Part shown: one piece after another, positions 31,703 to 41,373 of the stretch
How positions within the stretch are numbered: position 1 is the first letter of the stretch
Layout: the number at the start of each line of letters is the position of its first letter
Origin: Gemmatimonadota bacterium
GTDB taxonomy: Bacteria > Gemmatimonadota > Gemmatimonadetes > Gemmatimonadales > GWC2-71-9
Assembly: GCA_036679605.1 (NCBI GenBank)
Contig: JAZDCZ010000218.1
Coordinates: forward strand, 1-64,000
Reading direction: 5' to 3'
Length of the DNA stretch: 64,000 bases
Translations under genes and position numbers: made by a program
The notes under the pieces: model-generated
What the model saw: only the letters and a program-made list of their open reading frames with translations
Database searches by the model: none
Told to the model about the DNA's origin: nothing

Positions 31703-32095
31703 ATGGCAGAACAACAAACTACGCTCAGGTTGGCTCTCTCGGGCTACAGCAAGAAGTCGTGTCCAGCCCAAGTCGAGGTCGTGTCGTACGATCGCCCGGC
31801 ACGCCTCAAGCGTTCGTTCACAGGACTCGCCATTCTGTGGGGGGCCACTGCTTTGTCCGTCTTCATCCCGGTTGCACACTTCTTTCTGGTACCGGGGCTG
31901 TTTTCAGCAGGCATCGTCGTTTTCTTTCAGCGTCTCCGCACCGAAAGACGGCCGGTTGCTGGTCGCGGAACCTGCCCCCACTGCGAAACTGAGCAGAAAC
32001 TAGATCTCAGGGTTCGGTGGCAGTTGCCTCAGAACCTCGCTTGCTGCAATTGTCAGCGCACCCTGTCTCTGCACGACCCCAGCACTCCGGAGTAG
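31703..32095 (+). CDS. Hypothetical two-TM protein with C-terminal zinc ribbon
   Basis: FIPVAHFFLVP hydrophobic hairpin; CPHC...CCNC; TACAAT upstream. Confidence 0.7.
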   Translation: MAEQQTTLRLALSGYSKKSCPAQVEVVSYDRPARLKRSFTGLAILWGATALSVFIPVAHFFLVPGLFSAGIVVFFQRLRTERRPVAGRGTCPHCETEQKLDLRVRWQLPQNLACCNCQRTLSLHDPSTPE

Positions 32096-32170
32096 CTCTC
32101 CGATGGCATCGCCCCCACAACGTACTTAGCTTTACCGTCCTTTTCGCCTGCGATATGAACGGGTTGCTAG

Positions 32171-33445
32171 ATGGTTCGCATAAAGAGAGTCCACCCACAG
32201 TCATTGGGTGAGGAACTGGGGCTCGAGCCGGGCACTCAACTCCTGTCGGTAGACGGACGTGAATTGACAGATTTCCTAGACTGGGAATTTCTGACTGCCG
32301 AGGATCATTTCACGCTATTGACGCTTACCCCTGGGGGAGAGAGCGTCGAATTCGACATCGAGCGGCCAGAGGGCTTCCCAATGGGAGTCGAGTTGGACCC
32401 GCCCCATATCAGACGCTGCGCCAATCGCTGCGACTTCTGTTTCGTGGACGGCAACCCTACCGGTATGCGCCAGATCCTCTACATACGAGACGATGACTAT
32501 AGGCTGTCGTTCCAGTACGGAAACTTCGCCACCCTCACCAACTTGAAGCAGAGGGATCTGGAACGCATTCTGGAGTATCAACTCTCTCCTCTTCATGTCT
32601 CCGTTCATGCCACCGATCCCGTCGTCCGCCGAAGGTTGCTGCGCAATCCCAGAGCGCCCGATGTCCTGTCCCAGCTCCGGGATCTAGGAGACGGAGGAAT
32701 CAGTTTTCACACTCAGATCGTCCTGCAGCCTGGAGTCAACGATGGGAGTGTGCTGCGTAATAGTCTTGTCGACCTTTACTCGCTGGGTGAGGCCGTCCTT
32801 TCGGTATCTGTGGTACCGGTTGGTCTCACGGAGTTCAGCAAGCACAACAAAGTCAGAGAACCACACCAACGGGAATGTGTCAGCGCACTGGAATACGTTG
32901 ACGAGTTCGCCAGCCGTGCAATCGTGGAGCGCGGCTACCACTGGGCCTATGGGTCCGACGATCTCTACCTGGTAGCCGGGCTACCAATGCCCTCCGCTGA
33001 GCGATACGACGGGTTCGAGCACGTAGAGAATGGTGTGGGCAGCGTCCGGTACGTTCAGCAGGCAATGGAAAACATCGATCGGGATCTGTCAGACCTCCAC
33101 ATCGCTGTGGCAACAGGCACCGCAATGGGCAGTCTCATGCCGCAGATCCTGCAATTCCTCAAAGACAGAACCGGTGCCGATTTCGAACTACTCGTATTGC
33201 AGAACAGCCTATTCGGATCGTCGGTCACAACCGCCGGCTTGCTGCCCGGCGAATCGTTCGTGACAGCCCTGCGCGAACGCGACGACATCGACTTGGCCCT
33301 CCTGCCGGCCGAGGCGGCGAACGACGATGGTATCTTCATGGACGACATGACATTCGAACAGATCGACGCAACTGTACCGGCTGCGATCCGCCTTTCTTAC
33401 AATTTTGTGGACGCGCTGGATGGGTTCGCTCCTCCTGTTCATTAG
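32171..33445 (+). CDS. DUF512 radical-SAM protein with N-terminal PDZ-like domain
   Basis: CANRCDFC, DDDYRLSF, VVPVGLT, ENGVG and VTTAGLL. Confidence 0.88.
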   Translation: MVRIKRVHPQSLGEELGLEPGTQLLSVDGRELTDFLDWEFLTAEDHFTLLTLTPGGESVEFDIERPEGFPMGVELDPPHIRRCANRCDFCFVDGNPTGMRQILYIRDDDYRLSFQYGNFATLTNLKQRDLERILEYQLSPLHVSVHATDPVVRRRLLRNPRAPDVLSQLRDLGDGGISFHTQIVLQPGVNDGSVLRNSLVDLYSLGEAVLSVSVVPVGLTEFSKHNKVREPHQRECVSALEYVDEFASRAIVERGYHWAYGSDDLYLVAGLPMPSAERYDGFEHVENGVGSVRYVQQAMENIDRDLSDLHIAVATGTAMGSLMPQILQFLKDRTGADFELLVLQNSLFGSSVTTAGLLPGESFVTALRERDDIDLALLPAEAANDDGIFMDDMTFEQIDATVPAAIRLSYNFVDALDGFAPPVH

Positions 33446-33448
33446 GAC

Positions 33449-34771
33449 ATGACCACTCCAACCGTAGCGATCGTTGGGCGACCCAACGTTGGAAAATCTA
33501 CGCTCTTCAATCGCATAGTCGGAGGGCGAAGAGCCATAGTCGACGACCGCCCAGGCGTTACTCGCGATCGAAACTTCGCGTCCGCTAACTGGGCGGGTCG
33601 GCATTTCTGGCTGATCGACACGGGCGGCTGGTCAGTAGGTGATCGCGATCCACTGAACAGCCCCATTCGGCAGCAGATCGAAATGGCGATCGCACAAGCC
33701 GATGTCGTGGTCTTGGTGGTGGACACCCTGGTTGGCGTCCATCCAGCCGATCTTGAAGTGGCCGATGTGCTGCGACCATACAAGAAGAGTGTTCTCGTTG
33801 CTGCCAACAAAGCGGACGACTTGCCCAACCAGATGGGCCATCTCCCATTTCATGAACTGGGTTTGGGAAACCCACACCCTGTGTCAGCGGCCACCGGCAA
33901 AGGCAGCGGAGACCTGCTGGACCAGCTTGTAGCGCTATTCGGTGATACCAGCCTCGAGGAGTCGGTTGGAGACATGATCCAGGTGGCTGTTTTGGGCCGT
34001 CCCAACGTGGGTAAATCGAGTTTGACCAACAAACTCCTCGGTGAAGAGCGCTCGGTTGTGGCCCCAGAGGCAGGCACTACCAGGGACGCTGTGGACTCCC
34101 CCTTGCGATACCAGGGCGTAACCCTCAACTTCATTGATACCGCAGGGTTACGTAAGCGATCGAAAGTAGAGGATGAGATCGAATTTTACGCCACCCTAAG
34201 GACTGAGCGGGCCCTGGAAAGGGCCGATATATGCGTGTTGGTCATAGACGCGGTGCGCGGATTCGACGCACAAGACCTTAGGATAGCCCGCAAGGCACAC
34301 GACCAGGGAACGGGCCTGATCATCGCGGTCAACAAATGGGATCTGATCGCCGAGAAAGACACTCAGTCGGCGCACCGTGGCCAGAAGTCCATTTTGAAGC
34401 GGGCGCCGTTCCTGGCTGTGTTTCCGTTCGTTTACATGTCGGCGCTCACGGGCCTAAGAGCGCGGAAAATATTGGATCTAGTGCTCGAGGTGTCTGAGGC
34501 GCGCAAGCACCGAGTACCTACGGCAGAGGTAAACAGGGTTCTTGAGGCCATTATTGAGCGCAATCACCCGTCGCAAAAGCCGGGTAAGGAGGTGAAGCTG
34601 CTGTACGCATCACAAATTGGCATCAACCCGCCCACCTTCGCGGTCGTTTCCAATCGGCCCAATGCCATCCCGGAATCGTATCGACGTTACATAGCGCGTG
34701 GTTTTCGAGAGGCCTGGGAATTCACTGGCTCACCGTTGGTTCTCAAATTCCGCCGCAAGCGCAGCCGGTGA
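33449..34771 (+). CDS. der: Ribosome biogenesis GTPase Der (EngA)
   Basis: Tandem GRPNVGKS domains, DTGG/DTAG and NKAD/NKWD. Confidence 0.96.
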   Translation: MTTPTVAIVGRPNVGKSTLFNRIVGGRRAIVDDRPGVTRDRNFASANWAGRHFWLIDTGGWSVGDRDPLNSPIRQQIEMAIAQADVVVLVVDTLVGVHPADLEVADVLRPYKKSVLVAANKADDLPNQMGHLPFHELGLGNPHPVSAATGKGSGDLLDQLVALFGDTSLEESVGDMIQVAVLGRPNVGKSSLTNKLLGEERSVVAPEAGTTRDAVDSPLRYQGVTLNFIDTAGLRKRSKVEDEIEFYATLRTERALERADICVLVIDAVRGFDAQDLRIARKAHDQGTGLIIAVNKWDLIAEKDTQSAHRGQKSILKRAPFLAVFPFVYMSALTGLRARKILDLVLEVSEARKHRVPTAEVNRVLEAIIERNHPSQKPGKEVKLLYASQIGINPPTFAVVSNRPNAIPESYRRYIARGFREAWEFTGSPLVLKFRRKRSR

Positions 34772-35379
34772 CCGATCTTTTCCTCTGGATGGGAGCCGCG
34801 TACCTCTTGGGTTCCGTGCCAGTGGCTTATCTCGCCGGTCGGCTCGGCGCCGGAATCGACCTCAGGGAACACGGCAGTAAGAATGTCGGTGCGACCAACG
34901 TGCAGCGAGTGCTGGGCTGGAAGTTCTCGATTCCGGTAGGGGTGCTTGACATTGCCAAGGGTGTAGTGGCCACGTCCGTCCTTGGCACGCGTGCCGGAAG
35001 CGCACCCTGGATGCAAATCGCTATCGGGTCCGCCGCAGTTATCGGACACGTTTTCTCAGTGTTTCTTGGTTTCCGTGGCGGCAAGGGAGTGGCCACTGCT
35101 GCCGGCGTCGTCTTAGTGCTGGCTCCTGGTGCTCTGGGCATCAGCGCACTGATTTGGCTGGCAACTGTGGCGGTGACAGGATACGTATCACTTGCCTCGA
35201 TCCTCGCAGCAGCAGCATTCCCCGTAGCCACCTGGATCACTCTGCCCAAGAACTACTACACGATTGGCGTAGGAGTTGTACTTGCCACTTTCATCTTGTT
35301 AACGCACCGCGTCAACATCCAGCGGCTGAGAGCCGGCACAGAGAACCGGTTTCGTGGCCTCAGACGAGGACGGCAGTGA
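34768..35379 (+). CDS. plsY: Glycerol-3-phosphate acyltransferase PlsY
   Basis: YLLGSVP, GSKNVGATN, FRGGKGVAT and HRVNI.RL..GTE. Confidence 0.94.
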   Translation: MTDLFLWMGAAYLLGSVPVAYLAGRLGAGIDLREHGSKNVGATNVQRVLGWKFSIPVGVLDIAKGVVATSVLGTRAGSAPWMQIAIGSAAVIGHVFSVFLGFRGGKGVATAAGVVLVLAPGALGISALIWLATVAVTGYVSLASILAAAAFPVATWITLPKNYYTIGVGVVLATFILLTHRVNIQRLRAGTENRFRGLRRGRQ

Positions 35380-36374
35380 GAATCGGAGTCGTTGGGGCCG
35401 GCAGCTGGGGCACGACGCTGGCAGACTTACTGGCCCGGTGCGGACATGACGTAATGATCTGGGCCAGAGAGCCGGAAGTGGTGCAATCCATCAACAACCG
35501 TCGAATGAATGATCTCTTTCTGCCAGACGCCCAGCTCGCCGAGGGACTATCTGCGGAATCTCGACTCGTTGAGGTGGTACAGGGAAGGGAACTCATCGTT
35601 TCTGCGACTCCGTCTCATGCGGTGCGCGAAGTCAGCACTCAGATCGGCGCCGGACTAACTGATCCAGCAACAGTCGTTGTAAGTGTCTCGAAAGGGCTGG
35701 AAGCCGATACCCTGAAGCCAATGAGCGACGTGCTCTGCGAAACACTGCCCGGCGCAGCGGTTGTAGCCTTGTCAGGACCCAGCTTCGCTCGCGAAGTATT
35801 CGATCGATGCCCCACGGCCGTCGTTGCTGCTTCAGATAACATCGTTGCAGCGGAAACAACGCAACAGGTATTCTCGACCGGATATTTTCGCGTCTACACT
35901 AGCGCAGATCCATACGGAGTGCAGCTAGGAGGTGCGCTGAAGAACGTGCACGCGATTGCGGCAGGGATCTTGGAAGGCCTTGCACTGGGCCACAACGCCA
36001 GCGCGGCCCTCATTACGCGCGGACTCGCCGAAATGACCCGGCTGGGCCAGGCGCTGGGGTGCGATCCGATGACCTTTGCCGGCCTGGCCGGAATGGGTGA
36101 CTTGATTCTGACGGCGACCGGATCTCAAAGTCGGAATCGTTCGCTCGGAGTCGAATTGGCAACCGGCCGAACGTTGGACGACATTCTCTCCGAACGCAGA
36201 ACTGTTGCGGAGGGAGTTCGAACAGCAGAGGCAGCTGTTTCACTCGGTGAGCGCACGGGAGTCGAACTGCCGATCGCCTCCGAAGTGTGTGCCGTCCTGT
36301 TCGAGGGCAAACCACCCAGAAAAGCCCTTGCGGATCTGATGGAACGAGAATTGAAGCCCGAGCGTTGGTCATGA
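35376..36374 (+). CDS. gpsA: NAD(P)H-dependent glycerol-3-phosphate dehydrogenase
   Basis: GAGSWGT, SKGLE, SGPSFA, GALKN and GLAGMGDL. GTG 35376 overlaps the plsY stop. Confidence 0.95.
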   Translation: MRIGVVGAGSWGTTLADLLARCGHDVMIWAREPEVVQSINNRRMNDLFLPDAQLAEGLSAESRLVEVVQGRELIVSATPSHAVREVSTQIGAGLTDPATVVVSVSKGLEADTLKPMSDVLCETLPGAAVVALSGPSFAREVFDRCPTAVVAASDNIVAAETTQQVFSTGYFRVYTSADPYGVQLGGALKNVHAIAAGILEGLALGHNASAALITRGLAEMTRLGQALGCDPMTFAGLAGMGDLILTATGSQSRNRSLGVELATGRTLDDILSERRTVAEGVRTAEAAVSLGERTGVELPIASEVCAVLFEGKPPRKALADLMERELKPERWS

Positions 36375-36748
36375 CCGTATCGCGCGCAGTACAGGAATAC
36401 TTCTCAATCGGCGACGTTTGCCAACTCACAGACCTCAAACCACATGTTCTACGGTATTGGGAGAGCCAGTTCAGGTTCCTCAATCCGGTCAAGAATAGAT
36501 CGGGCAATAGGGTATATCAGAGACGCGAGATAGAGCTGATAATGTTGGTAAAACATCTCCTGTATACCGACAAGTACACGATCGAAGGTGCCCGCAAGCG
36601 CATTGAATACTACCGACGCACCGGCTCCCTCAAATCGGAAGGACGTCTCGCCCTAGAACAAGAGACGATCGAGAATCTCACTAAGGAACTTCGGAGCATC
36701 CTCGATATCCTCGACGGGAAAACGCCGGTTGAAGATCCTAATAACTAA
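36371..36748 (+). CDS. MerR-family HTH regulator (short)
   Basis: YFSIGDVCQLTDLKPHVLRYWESQF and GNRVY. ATG 36371 overlaps the gpsA stop. Confidence 0.88.
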   Translation: MTVSRAVQEYFSIGDVCQLTDLKPHVLRYWESQFRFLNPVKNRSGNRVYQRREIELIMLVKHLLYTDKYTIEGARKRIEYYRRTGSLKSEGRLALEQETIENLTKELRSILDILDGKTPVEDPNN

Positions 36749-37478
36749 CGACGACGGCATCGATGCACGCGGTCTCAACATTCTTGCCGACATCTGTCGG
36801 GAGATCGGCCATGTCACGGTTGTTGCACCTGACCGCGAACAGAGCGGTGCCAGCCACTCGCTCACGCTACACCGACCACTCCGACCCCTGAGCACTGGAG
36901 AAAATACCTACCAGGTCGATGGCACTCCGACCGACTGCGTTTTGCTAGCCCTCGGTAAATTGTTGCCCGAAATGCCCGATTTTGTATTTTCCGGAATTAA
37001 TCACGGCCCTAACATGGGAGAGGATGTCCTCTATTCCGGAACGGTGGCCGGAGCAATGGAGGGTTTGACTCTCGGCATTCCCGGTGTTGCTTTTTCGTTG
37101 GCGGGCCGGAATTTGGATTTACTCGAGACCTTTCGGCCGCTGCTCCACCGAATCATCGAGCGCATAATCGGACTACCAGAGTTCCCAACTGATATGCTTC
37201 TGAACGTCAACCTCCCGGGAATTCCTGGTGACGAGGTCCAGGGCGTTCGCACCACAACGCTGGGAAAGCGCGTTTACTCCGAATCACTAGCCGAGACAAC
37301 CGATCCGTGGGGCCGAACCGTTTATTGGATCGGCGGAGGACAGATTTCGTGGTCCGGGCGGGAGGATTGCGACTTTCGTGCTGTCCAGGAGGGACACGTC
37401 TCGATAACTCCTCTCCACGTGGACCTCACGAACTACACGTTACTGGAAACTGTAGGCCGATGGGAACTGGGCGGCTAG
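36729..37478 (+). CDS. surE: 5'/3'-nucleotidase SurE
   Basis: ILITNDDG, GTPTDCV, SGINHGPN and YSGTV. Confidence 0.95.
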   Translation: MKILITNDDGIDARGLNILADICREIGHVTVVAPDREQSGASHSLTLHRPLRPLSTGENTYQVDGTPTDCVLLALGKLLPEMPDFVFSGINHGPNMGEDVLYSGTVAGAMEGLTLGIPGVAFSLAGRNLDLLETFRPLLHRIIERIIGLPEFPTDMLLNVNLPGIPGDEVQGVRTTTLGKRVYSESLAETTDPWGRTVYWIGGGQISWSGREDCDFRAVQEGHVSITPLHVDLTNYTLLETVGRWELGG

Positions 37479-38119
37479 CCGACAGTTACGGAGGCTACCG
37501 AGCGAGTCTCGTAGAGAAACTCCGGGCGAATGGCATCCGGGACATAGCTGTGCTGAGGGCGTTCGGGGAAGTCCCAAGGCACCTTTTTGTCCCCGAGGCC
37601 CTGCGAGGACGAGCCTATGAGGATGTGGCGCTGCCAATCGGAAGAGGACAGACAATCTCACAACCCACGACTCAGGCCAAGTATTTGGAGGCATTGGCGC
37701 TTGCAGGAGAGGAGCGAGTCTTGGAAATAGGAACCGGTTCGGGCTACCAGGCAGCTCTGCTTTCTTATCTCGTACCGCAGGTCATTTCGGTCGAACGAAT
37801 CCCTAATCTGGCGACCGAGGCCCGGGAAGCCTTGAAAACGGCTGAAATCTCGGGCGTCACGGTCCTCGTCGGAGATGGATCTCTTGGATGGGCTCCACTA
37901 GCTCCCTACGGCGCCATTCTTGTCTCAGCCGCGAGCCCAAGCATACCTGAACCACTGATTCACCAATTGGCTGACGGCGGGCGAATGGTGGTTCCAGTCG
38001 GCGGCAATGACTCTCAGGACCTGAAACTGCTCACGCTAAAAGGCGGACAATGCACCGAGACGGCACTCGGAACGGTCGAATTTGTGCCCCTCATAGGGCG
38101 CTACGGGTTTCGGAACTAG
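37460..38119 (+). CDS. pcm: Protein-L-isoaspartate O-methyltransferase
   Basis: VPRHLFVP, GQTISQP, VLEIGTGSGYQAA and FVPL. Start placed at ATG 37460. Confidence 0.94.
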   Translation: MGTGRLADSYGGYRASLVEKLRANGIRDIAVLRAFGEVPRHLFVPEALRGRAYEDVALPIGRGQTISQPTTQAKYLEALALAGEERVLEIGTGSGYQAALLSYLVPQVISVERIPNLATEAREALKTAEISGVTVLVGDGSLGWAPLAPYGAILVSAASPSIPEPLIHQLADGGRMVVPVGGNDSQDLKLLTLKGGQCTETALGTVEFVPLIGRYGFRN

Positions 38120-38122
38120 CAT

Positions 38123-38782
38123 ATGCTCGAGACTGTGGTCACCTGGCTCACAGACATGATCTTTGGGCTGGGCTATGTCGGAATTGCCCTTCTCATGGCC
38201 TTGGAATCTTCTTTCGTGCCATTTCCGAGTGAAGTCGTCCTGCCTCCTGCCGGATACTTGGCATCGCAAGGCCGGATGAGCGCGCCACTGGCAGTTCTAG
38301 CGGGCTTGGCGGGCAGCCTCCTGGGAGCACTGTTCAACTATTTTCTCGCTGCCAAACTGGGTCGACCCCTGTTGCATCGCTACGGGAGATATCTGCTGCT
38401 GAAAAGAGCGTCCTTGGATCGAGCAGAGCTGTTCTTCCAGCGCCACGGTGAGATCAGCATGTTTATCGGGCGGCTGGTCCCGGTGATTCGCCAGGTAATC
38501 TCACTTCCCGCAGGGCTGGCTCGAATGAGCCTGAAGAAGTTTGTGCTCTACACTGGGCTTGGAGCAGGCATTTGGTGCGCCGTGCTAACCTACATAGGTT
38601 GGTACGTCGGAAAGCACGCTCCTGCGATCGCGAGCCTCGATCAACTCCTTCAGAGCCCCGAAGTGCGCTCATATTCGCGCCTTGCCCTGCTAATCATGAC
38701 GCCCTTTATTCTGGCTGTGATCGCCGTGTACGTTTACAGGCAGCGAAGAGCAGCCTCAGTCGTCGGCGGCGGCGATGCCTGA
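38123..38782 (+). CDS. DedA-family membrane protein
   Basis: LESSFVPFPSEVV and GRLVPVIRQVISLPAG. Confidence 0.9.
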   Translation: MLETVVTWLTDMIFGLGYVGIALLMALESSFVPFPSEVVLPPAGYLASQGRMSAPLAVLAGLAGSLLGALFNYFLAAKLGRPLLHRYGRYLLLKRASLDRAELFFQRHGEISMFIGRLVPVIRQVISLPAGLARMSLKKFVLYTGLGAGIWCAVLTYIGWYVGKHAPAIASLDQLLQSPEVRSYSRLALLIMTPFILAVIAVYVYRQRRAASVVGGGDA

Positions 38783-39059
38783 GGAGCCTCTGACAATCAG
38801 GTGGGTTATTTCGGGAAGAGTGCAGCAGGTTGGGTTCAGATGGTTTGTGCTGCGTCGTGCCGCAGATCTCCGAGTGAAAGGCTGGGCCCGGAACCTTGCG
38901 GATGGACGAGTTGAAGTGGTAGGGAGGGGAACAGCAGAAGACCTCCGCGCCCTGGAGACCGAACTCTTGCAGGGACCCCTCATGGCCCGTGTTGACAATG
39001 TGGAAAAGGGCGATTCTCCACATGACATCCCGACCATTAATTCATTTGATATCAAGTAG
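38775..39059 (+). CDS. acyP: Acylphosphatase
   Basis: GRVQQVGFR and GWARNLADGRVE. Confidence 0.92.
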   Translation: MPEEPLTIRWVISGRVQQVGFRWFVLRRAADLRVKGWARNLADGRVEVVGRGTAEDLRALETELLQGPLMARVDNVEKGDSPHDIPTINSFDIK

Positions 39060-39069
39060 TTAGGAGAAA

Positions 39070-39615
39070 ATGTCCATATCTTCAGGTAGTTCACGTGATT
39101 TATACGAATCAATTAGGGACGTTCCGGACTTCCCGAAGCCGGGCATAACATTCAAGGATATCACTCCTCTCCTACTGGATCACCAGCTATTCGATCTGGC
39201 ACTCCGACAGATGGCTGAGCCGTTCCGAGACCTGGGGATCCAACGCGTCCTCGCAGTTGAATCTCGGGGATTCATCTTGGGCGGCCCGATCTCAATTGCC
39301 CTCGGTGCAGGACTCGTTCTGGCCCGCAAGGTCGGCAAGCTGCCGTGGAAGAAACGTCGAATTGACTACTCACTGGAGTATGGCACTGACGCGATCGAGG
39401 TGCACCTCGACTCCATCGATCCCGGCCAAAGGGTGTTGGTGGTGGACGACGTCTTGGCAACCGGTGGAACCGCGGAGGCGGCCGCTCGCTCTGTTTCCGA
39501 AGCTGGCGCGGAGTTGGTCGGCTTTAGTTTCCTCATTGAACTCTCGGACCTAGGTGGTCGCGAGAAGTTGCCGGATACAAAGATCTCCAGCCTCTTGACC
39601 TACCCACGGCAGTAA
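39070..39615 (+). CDS. apt: Adenine phosphoribosyltransferase
   Basis: DFPKPGITFKDITP, ESRGF, LEYG and VDDVLATGGT. Confidence 0.96.
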   Translation: MSISSGSSRDLYESIRDVPDFPKPGITFKDITPLLLDHQLFDLALRQMAEPFRDLGIQRVLAVESRGFILGGPISIALGAGLVLARKVGKLPWKKRRIDYSLEYGTDAIEVHLDSIDPGQRVLVVDDVLATGGTAEAAARSVSEAGAELVGFSFLIELSDLGGREKLPDTKISSLLTYPRQ

Positions 39616-39668
39616 CCGGGGCAGGAGTTGGATACCCTCAATGATCTGGTTAGTTTTTTCGGGCTGCT

Positions 39669-39742
39669 GCCCCTGTAGCTCAGTTGGATAGAGCAGCGGT
39701 TTCCTAAACCGTTGGCCGGGTGTTCGAGTCACCCCAGGGGCA
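39669..39742 (+). tRNA. tRNA-Arg (anticodon CCT); CCA not encoded
   Basis: Acceptor GCCCCTG/CAGGGGC, D-arm AGCTCAGTTGGATAGAGC, anticodon loop TTCCTAA and T-loop TTCGAGT. Confidence 0.94.
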
Positions 39743-39776
39743 TGTACCGAGGTAGCTCGATCAACCAAGACCTATT

Positions 39777-40457
39777 GTGACGAAAAGAGCATACGTGACT
39801 GCACCGCATAGAGTAGAACACGACCCTGTTGCCCAGGTAACCGAGTGGATCAAGCGCCGAAAGCGAGTCCTCATAGCATCAGCTATAGCACTGGCCGTCA
39901 TCGGTGTCAGCGTATGGTTTACATCCAGCGCCAAGCAGAGAAGGGAGCAATTCGGGGCGATCGCTTTGGCAAACGCTAGGGTCGCTGCCGGTGCCGGTAA
40001 TCTTGCCTTGGCTGCGAGTGACCTTTCGAGGCTCGTCAACACCTTTGCAGGAAGCGACGCAGCGGAGGAAGCCGCCATCCTGCTAGGTCAGGTTCGCCTC
40101 TTGGCGGGTCAACCCGCCGCCGCGGTGACGGAACTCCGCAAGTTCATCGCGCAGGGCCCAAGTAGTCAGTTTGAGGCCTCAGCACACGGGCTCCTCGCCA
40201 CCGCTCTCGAACAAGCCAACAACCCCGCCCAGGCAGCCGAATCCTACCTCACCGCCGCATCCGTGGCATGGTATGACTTCCTCAAGGCCCAGTACCTCAA
40301 TGACGCAGCTAGAACCTTCGCTCTGGCCGGAGACACCGCTCGAGCGGCGACCACATACCAGAGGGTCCTCGACGAGTTTGGTGAGACCGATATGGCAGTG
40401 GAGGCCAAGATAAGGCTGGCCGAACTCAAGCCCACAGCAGTCGAAATCGGGCGTTAG
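39777..40457 (+). CDS. Single-TM TPR protein (YfgM-like)
   Basis: Basic stretch, one TM helix, then Ala-rich TPR helices. Confidence 0.72.
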   Translation: MTKRAYVTAPHRVEHDPVAQVTEWIKRRKRVLIASAIALAVIGVSVWFTSSAKQRREQFGAIALANARVAAGAGNLALAASDLSRLVNTFAGSDAAEEAAILLGQVRLLAGQPAAAVTELRKFIAQGPSSQFEASAHGLLATALEQANNPAQAAESYLTAASVAWYDFLKAQYLNDAARTFALAGDTARAATTYQRVLDEFGETDMAVEAKIRLAELKPTAVEIGR

Positions 40458-40504
40458 GAGGTACCGGAGTCCAGCCTGGTGTAGTGGAAAACCGCCACAC
40501 CGTA

Positions 40505-40532
40505 ACTGCGTATAATATATGTTATGTTAACT
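40505..40532. other. dif: dif site (XerC/XerD chromosome dimer resolution site)
   Basis: ACTGCGTATAA-TATATG-TTATGTTAACT versus E. coli GGTGCGCATAA-TGTATA-TTATGTTAAAT; intergenic, at the gene-strand switch. Confidence 0.88.
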
Positions 40533-40650
40533 ACGTGACGTTCTCTCTGTGGACAACTGCCACCTTTGGCTCCGTAAGCGGTTTGTAACCTCAAATTGTA
40601 CAACTGGTTAGATACCGGACCTTCGTCCTCAACAATAGCGACCTGGAGAG

Positions 40651-41373
40651 TTATAGCCGGCGCAGCAATGCCTGAAATCGGAGACGCCAGACCATCCAAA
40701 CGGCCTCCCGGATAATCGCGTGTGACATCTTGCTTTCGCCCTCGCTCCTGTCTACAAAAACGATCGGGATCTCCTTGATCCTGAAGCCTTGGCGGAATGC
40801 GCGAAAGCTCATCTCAATCTGAAACGCGTAACCGTTGGACCTGACCGCCGTAAGATCTATCGCCTCGAGGACCCGCCTTCTAAAGCACTTGAACCCTCCG
40901 GTGGCGTCACATAGGCTGTGACCGGTGATCACCCTGGCATAAATGTTCGCCGCATAGCTCAAGAAGAGACGCGGCATTGGCCAGTTCACCACCGTCACCC
41001 GCCCGTCGAGATAACGTGAGCCCAGGACCAGATCTGCCTTCTCCACAGCGCGCAGGAATTCAGGCAGATGCCTTGGGTCGTGCGAGCGATCTGCGTCCAT
41101 CTCGAAGACATACTCGTAGTCGCGTTCAAGGGCCCATCTGAAGCCGGCTAGGTAGGCCGTGCCGAGTCCTAGCTTTCCCTCTCGATGCAGGACATGGATC
41201 CTGGGATCAGCACCGGCCAGCTCATCGGCCAACTTGCCTGTCCCGTCCGGCGAATTGTCGTCCACCACCAGAACGTCTATGCGATCGTCTTGTGCCAGCA
41301 CTTGGGGAACGATCTCTGGAAGATTGCTGCACTCGTTATAGGTCGGCATGACGACCAGTGCACGGTCGCTCAC
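40651..41373 (-). CDS. Polyprenol monophosphomannose synthase-like GT2 (Ppm1/DPM1 family)
   Basis: PTYNE, VDDNSPDGT, KLGLGTAY, EMDAD.SHDP, GSRY and GYAFQIE. Confidence 0.9.
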   Translation of the reverse strand: MSDRALVVMPTYNECSNLPEIVPQVLAQDDRIDVLVVDDNSPDGTGKLADELAGADPRIHVLHREGKLGLGTAYLAGFRWALERDYEYVFEMDADRSHDPRHLPEFLRAVEKADLVLGSRYLDGRVTVVNWPMPRLFLSYAANIYARVITGHSLCDATGGFKCFRRRVLEAIDLTAVRSNGYAFQIEMSFRAFRQGFRIKEIPIVFVDRSEGESKMSHAIIREAVWMVWRLRFQALLRRL

